Origin: a virus
Lineage: Duplodnaviria > Heunggongvirae > Uroviricota > Caudoviricetes
Direction: 5' to 3' (one strand)
Virus record (IMG/VR): IMGVR_UViG_2713897073_000008
Length of the DNA: 15,944 nt
The notes under the pieces were generated by a model. That model saw only the letters and a list, made by a program, of their open reading frames with translations, was not told the origin of the DNA and ran no database searches. Position numbers and translations under genes: made by a program. Positions 1 through 6,896 of this stretch are shown here, piece by piece. Numbering within the stretch: position 1 is the stretch's first letter; every line of letters starts with the position of its first letter.

Positions 1-267
1 TTACTCTGCAGGTGAAGTCGGCCACTCAATATCAGGTGCGGTTGATGTATCAACACGGTTCAGCAACACCCGATACTTCTTCCAGGCTTCCAGCAACGAG
101 TTTTCTTCCTCCGTTGCGATCTCCAGATCTACAGCATCCTGAAGTGGCGCAATATGCTCACTGAATTCCTGGATGTAGAACTGTGTGGTGACGGTCTTCC
201 AGCCATTCGGCTCCTGCTGTATCGAAGCATACCAGGCTATTTCAATATCGCTATGCTGCGGCAGCAT
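1..267 (-). CDS. tfa: Tail fiber assembly protein (Tfa), short 88 aa form retaining the conserved C-terminal domain
   Basis: C-terminal ~45 aa ([48 protein letters not shown]) match the conserved C-terminus of lambda-type Tfa as I recall it. The protein is about half the usual Tfa length, so the N-terminal part is replaced or truncated. TAA stop at 1-3. Confidence 0.65.
   Translation of the reverse strand: MLPQHSDIEIAWYASIQQEPNGWKTVTTQFYIQEFSEHIAPLQDAVDLEIATEEENSLLEAWKKYRVLLNRVDTSTAPDIEWPTSPAE
20..71. repeat. 52-bp conserved core of the tfa 3' end, direct-repeat copy 1 (2 mismatches to 1069..1120)
   Basis: ggccactcaatatcaggtgcGgttgatgtaTcaacacggttcagcaacaccc here versus the same string with A and C at the two capitalised positions at 1069-1120. 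Flanking sequence is related but more diverged. Confidence 0.8.
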
Positions 268-323
268 TTAACCCCTTGTAATTCATCGCCACAATTGATT
301 TAATTCACAAATAAAACTATAAC

Positions 324-992
324 ATGGTGAAATTAATGAAAAAAAACACAGATGATGGGGCTAAAATTTACACACCACTTACCCTAAAGCTTTATGACTG
401 GTGGGTTTTGGGAGTATCAAATCGGCTTGCATGGGGATGTCCTACAAAGGAACACCTTCTTCCACACTTTCTGGAACATTTAGGTAACAACCATCTGGAT
501 ATTGGTGTTGGAACTGGGTTTTACCTTACTCACGTACCTGAGAGTAGTCTGATATCTTTAATGGATTTGAACGAAGCTAGCCTGAACGCGGCATCGACAA
601 GGGCTGGGGAATCAAAAATTAAACATAAAATTAGCCATGATGTTTTTGAACCTTATCCCGCGGCATTACATGGTCAATTTGATTCCATTTCCATGTTTTA
701 CCTTCTTCACTGCCTGCCTGGAAATATATCTACAAAAAGCTGTGTAATACGCAATGCGGCGCAGGCCTTAACTGACGATGGAACTCTATACGGAGCCACA
801 ATTCTTGGTGACGGCGTTGTGCACAATAGCTTCGGTCAAAAACTGATGCGCATTTACAATCAAAAAGGCATCTTTTCAAACACAAAAGATTCCGAAGAAG
901 GCTTAACACATATACTCTCAGAGCATTTCGAGAATGTTAAAACCAAGATTAAAGGTACTGTAGTAATGTTTTCCGCTTCAGGGAAAAAATAG
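324..992 (+). CDS. Class I SAM-dependent methyltransferase (222 aa); alternative start at 336 has the better SD
   Basis: Glycine-rich motif I (HLDIGVGTGFYL) typical of Rossmann-fold SAM methyltransferases. Visibly AT-rich gene on the opposite strand to the flanking tfa sequences. TGGTGA 5 nt upstream of ATG 336. Confidence 0.6.
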   Translation: MVKLMKKNTDDGAKIYTPLTLKLYDWWVLGVSNRLAWGCPTKEHLLPHFLEHLGNNHLDIGVGTGFYLTHVPESSLISLMDLNEASLNAASTRAGESKIKHKISHDVFEPYPAALHGQFDSISMFYLLHCLPGNISTKSCVIRNAAQALTDDGTLYGATILGDGVVHNSFGQKLMRIYNQKGIFSNTKDSEEGLTHILSEHFENVKTKIKGTVVMFSASGKK

Positions 993-1046
993 CATCCAGC
1001 CGCAGCACGTTCTTGCGCACGACGTGCTGCGGCATAATCTCAATGA

Positions 1047-1163
1047 TTACTCCCTGACAGGGTTCGTAGGCCACTCAATATCAGGTGCAGTTGATGTACC
1101 AACACGGTTCAGCAACACCCTGCATGCCTTCCATGCCGCCAGCAATGATGTTTCCTCCTTCGT
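1047..1163 (-). pseudogene. tfa 3' fragment (about 38 codons of Tfa C-terminus, no start codon, in-frame stop immediately upstream)
   Basis: Minus-strand translation gives [39 protein letters not shown], homologous to the C-terminus of the 1..267 Tfa; homology ends abruptly at about 1163, preceded by TGA in frame. Confidence 0.6.
1069..1120. repeat. 52-bp conserved core of the tfa 3' end, direct-repeat copy 2
   Basis: See copy 1 at 20..71; same orientation, 50/52 identical by eye. Confidence 0.8.
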
Positions 1164-1439
1164 TGCATATACTGCTCACCTTTTTCACCCACGATTAACC
1201 AACAGCCAGATTCGCAGGCACGCCCCACCACGGCATATTCATACGCTTGCCATGTCCGAACATTTCAATCCAGCGATATTATGCCTGGGGTGTTCAAGCG
1301 CAATGAAGTACGTATTGTATCTTCGCGATTTTTTATAGGCTAATTGACGCGCAATTCTGAGCGGGGAGCGCACAATCAAACAGCACAGAATGGATCGCTG
1401 ATATTTATCCTTTTGTCGGTTTATCAAACAACAAGAGAG

Positions 1440-2654
1440 TCAATAGCGGATTGTCCCTACATCCATTTCTGGCGAATCCACTAACCAGAAATTATCTGGC
1501 TTTACAGCCAGAATGATCCAGGCAGTGTTTGTTGTTGATGACCAGGAAGGCAGCACATCGTATGCCGGGTCATCGCAAGAATCACGATAACCGTACTCAT
1601 TAAAAAGTGGAGCCATTGCTGCCACAAGATTCACCGCATTCAGCTCATTACCCAGCTTGCGCTCAAAAAGTGCCACACCTGCCGTTCCTTCCACCCACAC
1701 GCCACGGCTGTGACCACTATAACCATAATCAGGGTGGTACGGTGTGTAACCCGTGGTTTCCCTCGTACCAAATAAAAAACGCCCCATATATTTTCGGCAC
1801 TTAGCCGCTTTCTCAGCATCAATATTGGCAACAAACAATCCGCCCCAGGAAGACTGATCCAGCGCCGCTGCGTTGTCATAGTGGGTTGAATGAACCCCCT
1901 GTCGAAATCGGCCTTCATCTTCCACCCACAGACCTCTGATGATGCTCTTTGCCAGCCTGTCAGCCCGCTCACTGAAACCGTCAAATCCCAGCCGTCCCAT
2001 CAGTTCAAACAAAAACCAGATATCAACGTTATGCTCCAGTGCGCACCATTCGGCGACAAAAGTTTCATCAAAATTGCCGTCCACATAACGCCCCTGCCCC
2101 CCTTTATACAGGCCTTCACGCAGGTCGCCTGGTGTGCTCACCAGAAAAGTATCCAGCCAGGCAATGCCTGCCAATAGCTTTTCTCTGACCCGCGCAGTCT
2201 GAGTACCGTCCGGATACTTCTCCAGATAGAAAGCAAGAGCATAATAAACCCATGCCGCATTGCCCAAGCGGTAATAGGTACGCGGTGACATGGCAGACAG
2301 CCTGTTAACAAAAAACTTTACTCCACCGTTTTCATCAACAAGCGCACACAAGCCCGCAACGTATCTTTCTACAGCCTCATGTCGCTGAACCATCAACGCC
2401 AGTGCTGCCAGCGCCTGGTCATACGTGTAACACCGATCTTTCATCACCCTGATCACTTCGGGGTCTGCGTCCTCCGGCATCCAGTAGCTACGAATGAGCA
2501 GTGGAAACTCCAGCGTTGTGATCCACGCATTATCCTCAATCCGAATAAGACGAAACTGTTTTGCTCCCGTCCAGCAACGTCTGAAATAGAAAGTTCCGTC
2601 ACTATTCAAATTAGCGTCGCCGTTAAAATACTCTCCGGTTGTATAAGCATACAT
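1440..2654 (-). CDS. Hypothetical protein (404 aa), function unknown; may be a frameshifted continuation of the upstream portal-like ORF
   Basis: Long uninterrupted ORF with ordinary-looking codon usage and several antisense shadow ORFs. Its 5' end overlaps the 3' end of the portal-like ORF by about 49 bp in another frame. No motif I can name with confidence. Confidence 0.45.
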   Translation of the reverse strand: MYAYTTGEYFNGDANLNSDGTFYFRRCWTGAKQFRLIRIEDNAWITTLEFPLLIRSYWMPEDADPEVIRVMKDRCYTYDQALAALALMVQRHEAVERYVAGLCALVDENGGVKFFVNRLSAMSPRTYYRLGNAAWVYYALAFYLEKYPDGTQTARVREKLLAGIAWLDTFLVSTPGDLREGLYKGGQGRYVDGNFDETFVAEWCALEHNVDIWFLFELMGRLGFDGFSERADRLAKSIIRGLWVEDEGRFRQGVHSTHYDNAAALDQSSWGGLFVANIDAEKAAKCRKYMGRFLFGTRETTGYTPYHPDYGYSGHSRGVWVEGTAGVALFERKLGNELNAVNLVAAMAPLFNEYGYRDSCDDPAYDVLPSWSSTTNTAWIILAVKPDNFWLVDSPEMDVGTIRY

Positions 2655-3235
2655 ATCGACTTTATACTTTTCAGGTTCAGCCTGTTGCTCTCATCACTGG
2701 TCATGGGAATAAAGTCCGGCTCGAGCGCCTCCAGCCAGAAATGAACACCGGCAGAAGGCGTCAGGCTGTTTATGCGCCCGGAAACCATCTGGGCAAACAC
2801 CTCACCATCGCGCAGCCAGGTACGCAGCATCAGACGTTCCAGCATCGGACGGGTAAACTGCCCGGTGACCTCCGGACTGACAGACCATTCACTCCATCGG
2901 GTGCGTATCTCCGCTGCCAGATCACGGGCAATGGCCCCATTGCGTAATACCGGATGTGGCTCGACAATAATCCCGTTTTTCCCCACCACCCGTTCTTCCA
3001 GCTTGTCAAATACACCAATGACCAGATCGTGGTTGTTATCAAGGTAACGGGCCTGCTCACGTAACGACACGGCCCCGTACTGGCTTAACTGATCGGCAGT
3101 TCGGTTCTCCCGTCGGGCTTTGTGTGTCCGCGTCGTTTTTACGGCCTCATAAGCCTGGATCACCGCACGGGAACGCAGCCTTGCCGCTTTCCATCCTGGT
3201 GAAAAAACGCCAATCACATCATCAAGAATTGCCAT
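2606..3235 (-). CDS. Phage portal protein-like, N-terminal region only (209 aa); apparently truncated or frameshifted
   Basis: Arg-rich N-terminus followed by SLREQARYLDNNHDLVIGVFDKLEERVVGKNGI, resembling the conserved N-terminal motif of lambda-family portal proteins as I recall it. The ORF is far too short for a portal (~500+ aa). Start overlaps the end of the upstream ORF, as is typical of phage head genes. Confidence 0.4.
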   Translation of the reverse strand: MAILDDVIGVFSPGWKAARLRSRAVIQAYEAVKTTRTHKARRENRTADQLSQYGAVSLREQARYLDNNHDLVIGVFDKLEERVVGKNGIIVEPHPVLRNGAIARDLAAEIRTRWSEWSVSPEVTGQFTRPMLERLMLRTWLRDGEVFAQMVSGRINSLTPSAGVHFWLEALEPDFIPMTSDESNRLNLKSIKSICMLIQPESILTATLI

Positions 3236-3557
3236 CAGAACCTCGCCAGCCGGTAATCGAGTTATCAGAACTGTTAATTTTTATGGTATACCGCGCCTCT
3301 GAACAGGGGCGCGTTTCTGGCAACAGCTCGTCCCCTTCACATAACCCGGCAGCAACATCCAGGAAGACCTGTCTGATGCTCCTTCTGGCTGCTGCCTCAT
3401 AAAACTCCAGCGCTGCACCTTCAACACGGTCCAGCGAGATGTCCAGGTCAAAAATTTCACCGTCAAAGCGTTTTTTGTCCCGTAACGCTAAAGTTACCGT
3501 AACTTTATTCTCAAAATTGCGGATCCCTTTCACAATCAGTTCATAGTTTTGAGTCAT
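3222..3557 (-). CDS. Hypothetical phage protein (111 aa), immediately downstream of holin and overlapping the portal-like ORF start
   Basis: ATG at 3557 sits 4 nt after the holin stop with GGAGAG about 10 nt upstream. It occupies the position where endolysin or terminase/head-completion genes would be expected but has no lysozyme-like motif. Confidence 0.5.
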   Translation of the reverse strand: MTQNYELIVKGIRNFENKVTVTLALRDKKRFDGEIFDLDISLDRVEGAALEFYEAAARRSIRQVFLDVAAGLCEGDELLPETRPCSEARYTIKINSSDNSITGWRGSDGNS

Positions 3558-3561
3558 TGAA

Positions 3562-3777
3562 TTACTCTCCCCGTGCAGCCTTACGCTTGTCTTCTCTGAT
3601 TTTGAAGTACAGATTTGTCAGATAAGTCAGGAAGCCCAGAACCAGACTCCCCAGTACACCAATCGCAGCCCACTGTGACGGACTGACCTGATCAAGCCAC
3701 TGTAAAAACCAGTAGCCAGCACTGCCTGCGGAGGTGCCATAGGCAATGCCCGTTGAAATTTTGTCCATGGATTTCAT
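3562..3777 (-). CDS. Pinholin, phage 21 S21 family (71 aa; dual-start motif M1-K-S-M4)
   Basis: [71 protein letters not shown]: two hydrophobic segments (first Gly/Ala/Ser-rich, SAR-like), charged C-terminus, Met1/Met4 dual start as in S21-71/S21-68. Closely matches my recollection of the S21 pinholin. Confidence 0.8.
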   Translation of the reverse strand: MKSMDKISTGIAYGTSAGSAGYWFLQWLDQVSPSQWAAIGVLGSLVLGFLTYLTNLYFKIREDKRKAARGE

Positions 3778-3835
3778 AGCCTCACCTCCGCAAATAACGG
3801 ATGGCGTAGTTTTACACTGAGAAATGAAAGGGATT

Positions 3836-3862
3836 TGAAAAGAAAAGCCCGCAAAAGCGGGC
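3836..3862 (-). terminator. Putative intrinsic terminator (minus-strand sense): GCCCGC-AAAA-GCGGGC hairpin followed by U-rich tract
   Basis: Plus strand gaaaagaaaaGCCCGCaaaaGCGGGC; on the minus strand the 6-bp GC stem is followed by UUUUCUUUUC. Lies between the tRNA cluster and the holin. Confidence 0.35.
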
Positions 3863-3937
3863 GAAACAATATATACAGTAAGGAAAGCACTCTATCCAAC
3901 AAACCACCCACAGTTAATCGGAATAAAAGCAGAGTGC

Positions 3938-4010
3938 TTATGAATGATCGCCTGCCCGAAGGTTAGTATTTCTGCACAGCAATTTTGCAAAAAAAGGCGA
4001 TCATTCATAA
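3938..4010. repeat. Perfect 15-bp inverted repeat (TTATGAATGATCGCC / GGCGATCATTCATAA) separated by 43 bp
   Basis: Arms at 3938-3952 and 3996-4010 are exact reverse complements. Non-coding region between the tRNAs and the holin. Confidence 0.7.
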
Positions 4011-4069
4011 CTTAAACGTCCTTCAGTCACTCCGGGATTTCCCATCATCGCAGACTGAAAGACTCTGAC

Positions 4070-4144
<75 letters not shown>

Positions 4145-4147
4145 ATA

Positions 4148-4223
<76 letters not shown>

Positions 4224-4225
4224 AC

Positions 4226-4302
4226 TGGACCGCCACCGGGGACTCGAACCTCGCACACTCAACTTAAAGAGTTGACGCTCTTTCCTGATGAGCTAGTGGC
4301 GG
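4226..4302 (-). tRNA. Atypical tRNA-like gene; canonical fold gives anticodon UUU (Lys) with non-canonical C33 (a register shift would give UCU, Arg)
   Basis: Reverse complement CCGCCAC-UA-GCUC-AUCAGGAAA-GAGC-G-UCAAC-UCUUUAA-GUUGA-GUGUG-CGAGG-UUCGAGU-CCCCG-GUGGCGG-U-CCA: 7-bp acceptor stem (C1-G72), 4-bp D-stem with GG in D-loop, 5-bp anticodon stem, T-stem with one A/C mismatch, CCA encoded. Only 2 nt and 1 nt from the neighbouring tRNAs. Confidence 0.55.
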
Positions 4303-4303
4303 T

Positions 4304-4379
4304 TGGTGGCCCTTGCTGGATTTGAACCAGCGACCTGGCGATTATGAGTCGCTCGCTCTCACCACTGAGCTAAAGGGCC
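4304..4379 (-). tRNA. tRNA with anticodon CAU, most like tRNA-Ile2 (lysidine-modified, AUA-decoding; ileX/ileZ type) rather than elongator Met
   Basis: Reverse complement GGCCCUUUAGCUCAGUGGUGAGAGCGAGCGACUCAUAAUCGCCAGGUCGCUGGUUCAAAUCCAGCAAGGGCCACCA; very similar to E. coli ileX as I recall it. Anticodon loop CUCAUAA. Confidence 0.8.
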
Positions 4380-4388
4380 GGGCGCAGG

Positions 4389-4417
4389 ATAATAACGTTA
4401 CGAAATCAATGTTGCAA
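4389..4417 (-). promoter_or_regulatory. Putative sigma70 promoter for the tRNA cluster (-35 TTGCAA, 17-bp spacer, -10 TATTAT), ending about 9 nt upstream of tRNA-Ile 5' end
   Basis: Minus-strand reading TTGCAA(4417-4412) cattgatttcgtaacgt TATTAT(4394-4389) cctgcgccc then the tRNA 5' G. Upstream A/T-rich direct repeats AAAAATCACC x2 at about 4422-4450 could be UP-element-like. Confidence 0.3.
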
Positions 4418-4499
4418 GCATTCAAAAATCACCTGGTTAAAAATCACCCTTATCTCCTCCACCAGCGCATTCACCATGTCTATCCGAGATAAGTGACAC

Positions 4500-4524
4500 A
4501 AAAAAACCCGCTTGATGCGGGTTT
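4500..4524 (-). terminator. Intrinsic terminator on the minus strand (CCCGC-AUCAA-GCGGG + U7); tR'-like, upstream of the tRNA cluster
   Basis: Plus strand aaaaaaaCCCGCttgatGCGGGttt; on the minus strand the hairpin is followed by a 7-U tract. Confidence 0.45.
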
Positions 4525-4644
4525 AAGTTGTGTGGCGAAGCGACCACTCTTAACAGATTAAGATAGTTTTTGCGTACGCGTTAGTGATTTTTTCATAATT
4601 ATCTGTATCCTGTGGCTATTTCTCTTGCGCAAAGGATGCTTTTG

Positions 4645-5523
4645 ATGACGCAGCAACTCGAAAACATGCCAATAACAGAAATCGAAATTGCCTACGGTGG
4701 AGAGGCATACGCAGATAATCAGATCGACGCGAAAACATTAGGCGAAGCCTTAACCTCTCTTAGTGCCCTGATTGAACACGCCGAAAAAATAATTAATGGC
4801 GAAACAGCAGAGCCGAAAGTCAACATCAAGGCAACAAAAGAAGGTTCATTTACTTTGCTTGTTGCTGTGATGGGGAGCATAAAAACTATTAACGCCCTTG
4901 GCCTCGTTGCAGGTGGTGGAGTTGCCGCAGGTGGCGTACTCGGGATAATCGAATGGCTCAAAGGGCGTAAAATCAGCTCCATTGTCGTCGATGAACAAAA
5001 AGATACAGCAGAAATCGAAGTGGATGGTGAGAAGGTTAAATGCAGTAACGACATTCAAAAATTAATAACCAGTCCAATCATCCGAAAAGAACTGGATAAA
5101 TTAATCTATAAACCCCTGCAGACTGAAAAACCATCCACGTTCTCAGTTTCACAGCAGAAGCATAAGGTAGTCAGGGTGACGCAAGCTGAAGCAGTAAGTT
5201 TTAAAACTGCAAAATCCACCTTTGTCGAGAAAACGCACGTAACGACACGCCAAGCTAATGTACATTTTGCTAATGTTCGATTCAAGCAAGGCAAAAGCTG
5301 GGATATCATCCTGCCAAATGGCGAAGAAGTTAGCGCATCTATGAAAGATGAGGCTTTTCTTGAACGGGTTGAACACAACCAAGCAGCATTCTGTAAGGGT
5401 GATCTTTTTGTTGTAGAACTGACAGAAACAACAAAAGAAACAAATGGCGCGCTGTCTAAACCACGCTATAGTATTACTAAGGTTATACGCCACAGAGCGG
5501 CGGCAGATAGGAAACTACTTTAA
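4645..5523 (+). CDS. Hypothetical protein (292 aa from ATG 4645; ORF open from GTG 4612) with central glycine-zipper hydrophobic segment; first gene of AT-rich three-gene operon
   Basis: AAGGA SD 9 nt upstream of ATG 4645. Central FTLLVAVMGSIKTINALGLVAGGGVAAGGVLGIIEWL (GxxxG-rich) flanked by charged, K/T/E-rich soluble regions. Antisense frames carry only short shadow ORFs. No recognisable catalytic motif. Confidence 0.6.
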   Translation: MTQQLENMPITEIEIAYGGEAYADNQIDAKTLGEALTSLSALIEHAEKIINGETAEPKVNIKATKEGSFTLLVAVMGSIKTINALGLVAGGGVAAGGVLGIIEWLKGRKISSIVVDEQKDTAEIEVDGEKVKCSNDIQKLITSPIIRKELDKLIYKPLQTEKPSTFSVSQQKHKVVRVTQAEAVSFKTAKSTFVEKTHVTTRQANVHFANVRFKQGKSWDIILPNGEEVSASMKDEAFLERVEHNQAAFCKGDLFVVELTETTKETNGALSKPRYSITKVIRHRAAADRKLL

Positions 5524-5526
5524 ATC

Positions 5527-5772
5527 ATGTCAATCCTAAGCATTATGCTTTACATCACTGTATTCATGGCTGTCGCAGCGACGGTCAGATATGCTGTGCT
5601 TAGGTTCTTGGTTTGGGTAAAGCCGAATGCGTATATTGAACTAACCTACACCGATCCTGAAGGCAGAACCGCTAAAAGGAAAGTCAGCGTTAGAAACGAA
5701 AATGACGCAGAAGAGTTGGCGCTACTGCTACGCGAACTCAAAACTCGCAACGAAGCAAGTGCAGGAAGGTGA
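5527..5772 (+). CDS. Small membrane protein (81 aa; one N-terminal TM helix, charged C-terminal tail)
   Basis: Starts 4 nt after the upstream stop. ILSIMLYITVFMAVAATVRYAVLRFLVWV hydrophobic helix, then K/R/E-rich tail. Confidence 0.55.
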   Translation: MSILSIMLYITVFMAVAATVRYAVLRFLVWVKPNAYIELTYTDPEGRTAKRKVSVRNENDAEELALLLRELKTRNEASAGR

Positions 5773-6159
5773 ATGGCGAACACTAAATCCTACCTGGCAA
5801 TGCAGGCATGGTTTACCACCCTTATCACTGCGGGATTGAATTTCCTTTTTGACTGGCTTCCTCAATTAGCCTTCTTCAAATCATTGGCGCCTGGAGCTGC
5901 TGTCGGCTTATCTCATGTGGTAATTCTTCTTATCGCTTACATAGGTTTGCCTACGCTTAATGATGTAAGAATGAAAAGGGAAATAAAAACGGCCAGAAAA
6001 TTCATCACGAACTGCCTGGCCAACCCTAACCTAACACCAGACCAAATTGCGCACTACAACCAATGTCTTATCGATCTAGACAATAAGCTATTAAAAAACA
6101 TAAATATTCGTATTGATGCTTTATCTGACGCCGAATCGAAAGCTCAAGCAAACGAGTAG
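5773..6159 (+). CDS. Small membrane protein (128 aa; two predicted TM helices, soluble C-terminal domain)
   Basis: ATG directly abuts the upstream TGA (tgaATG), indicating translational coupling. Hydrophobic helices at about residues 10-32 and 40-62. The stop lies only 13 bp from the convergent Q gene stop. Confidence 0.55.
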   Translation: MANTKSYLAMQAWFTTLITAGLNFLFDWLPQLAFFKSLAPGAAVGLSHVVILLIAYIGLPTLNDVRMKREIKTARKFITNCLANPNLTPDQIAHYNQCLIDLDNKLLKNINIRIDALSDAESKAQANE

Positions 6160-6172
6160 TAACAGTCATAAC

Positions 6173-6529
6173 TTATGATAGAATCAAGCATATACATCCA
6201 TCAATAAAGCCTAATGCAGTTTGCAGCTCCTTTCTTATAGTTCCATCTGAGCACCTGCGTTTCTTCGCGATTGAGCGTAGAGAAACACCAATAACAAAGT
6301 GAGCTATGAGCAGCTCATATTCCTCTGGTTTATACTTTCGCAACCGAGCCACACAACCGTCTATCATGATGCCTTCATCATCATCACACTGGAGACGTGA
6401 CTTTTTGCCATGTGGCAAAAGCCTCTTGAAGCCCGCTGCTATCGGTTGCCAATCGACACCGCTATTTTCTGCTGCAGCCCATGCCCCCCAGCGATCTAAA
6501 ACCTCATACATATCACGCCCCATTACCAT
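6173..6529 (-). CDS. Phage antitermination protein Q (Q82/QuuD-like family)
   Basis: Contains LDRWGAWAA...DW..IAAGFK and the CDDD...C motif I associate with the short Q family of lambdoid prophages. Sits immediately downstream of rusA, the canonical nin-Q arrangement. Start may be an internal Met (6521 or 6511). Confidence 0.7.
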   Translation of the reverse strand: MVMGRDMYEVLDRWGAWAAAENSGVDWQPIAAGFKRLLPHGKKSRLQCDDDEGIMIDGCVARLRKYKPEEYELLIAHFVIGVSLRSIAKKRRCSDGTIRKELQTALGFIDGCICLILS

Positions 6530-6884
6530 CGCCTCTGATTTCGCAAATCTTCACGCCCAGCCGCCCACCAGGAACGAGCTGACCGCGCACAATATTGATT
6601 TCATCAAACTGCTCGTCGTCTATAAGTAGTCCGGCATGCGTCAGCGCATCCAGTGGTGCCTTCAGGATATTGTCCAGGTCGCGGCGGCGCTTATCCGGTG
6701 GCTCTGCAATCACCTTTATCGCCAGCCTTCCGGACAGGCTTAATTTCAGCCGCTGCTGGCGAACAATAAGCGCCACAGCCCGGCGATAACGCTTTCCCTC
6801 CTCCGAGATAAAATATGTGCTGCCACGGCGTCGCCAGTAAGTGTTCACCGTCGGCGGGTAAGGTAAAACCAAATCTATGAGCAT
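6513..6884 (-). CDS. rusA: Crossover junction endodeoxyribonuclease RusA (Holliday junction resolvase)
   Basis: 123 aa with the PDKRRRDLDNILKAPLDALTHAGLLIDD region matching the RusA catalytic core (DxRRRDLDN) and N-terminal PxxNxYWR motif. Position upstream of Q. Confidence 0.85.
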   Translation of the reverse strand: MLIDLVLPYPPTVNTYWRRRGSTYFISEEGKRYRRAVALIVRQQRLKLSLSGRLAIKVIAEPPDKRRRDLDNILKAPLDALTHAGLLIDDEQFDEINIVRGQLVPGGRLGVKICEIRGDGNGA

Positions 6885-6896
6885 CAGTCACCTCTT

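Noticed and set aside
1024-1338. Plus-strand 104 aa ORF
   Set aside because: It runs antisense across the minus-strand tfa 3' fragment, whose translation matches the Tfa C-terminus; no SD and implausible composition.
1239-1427. Minus-strand 62 aa ORF
   Set aside because: Basic low-complexity product in a region without homology to Tfa or any other gene; likely non-coding spacer between the 404 aa ORF and the tfa fragment.
3900-3930. Tiny ORF (ATGAATGATCGCCTGCCCGAAGGTTAG, 8 codons) inside the inverted-repeat region
   Set aside because: Too short to support and it overlaps one arm of the perfect inverted repeat; more likely an incidental consequence of the palindrome.
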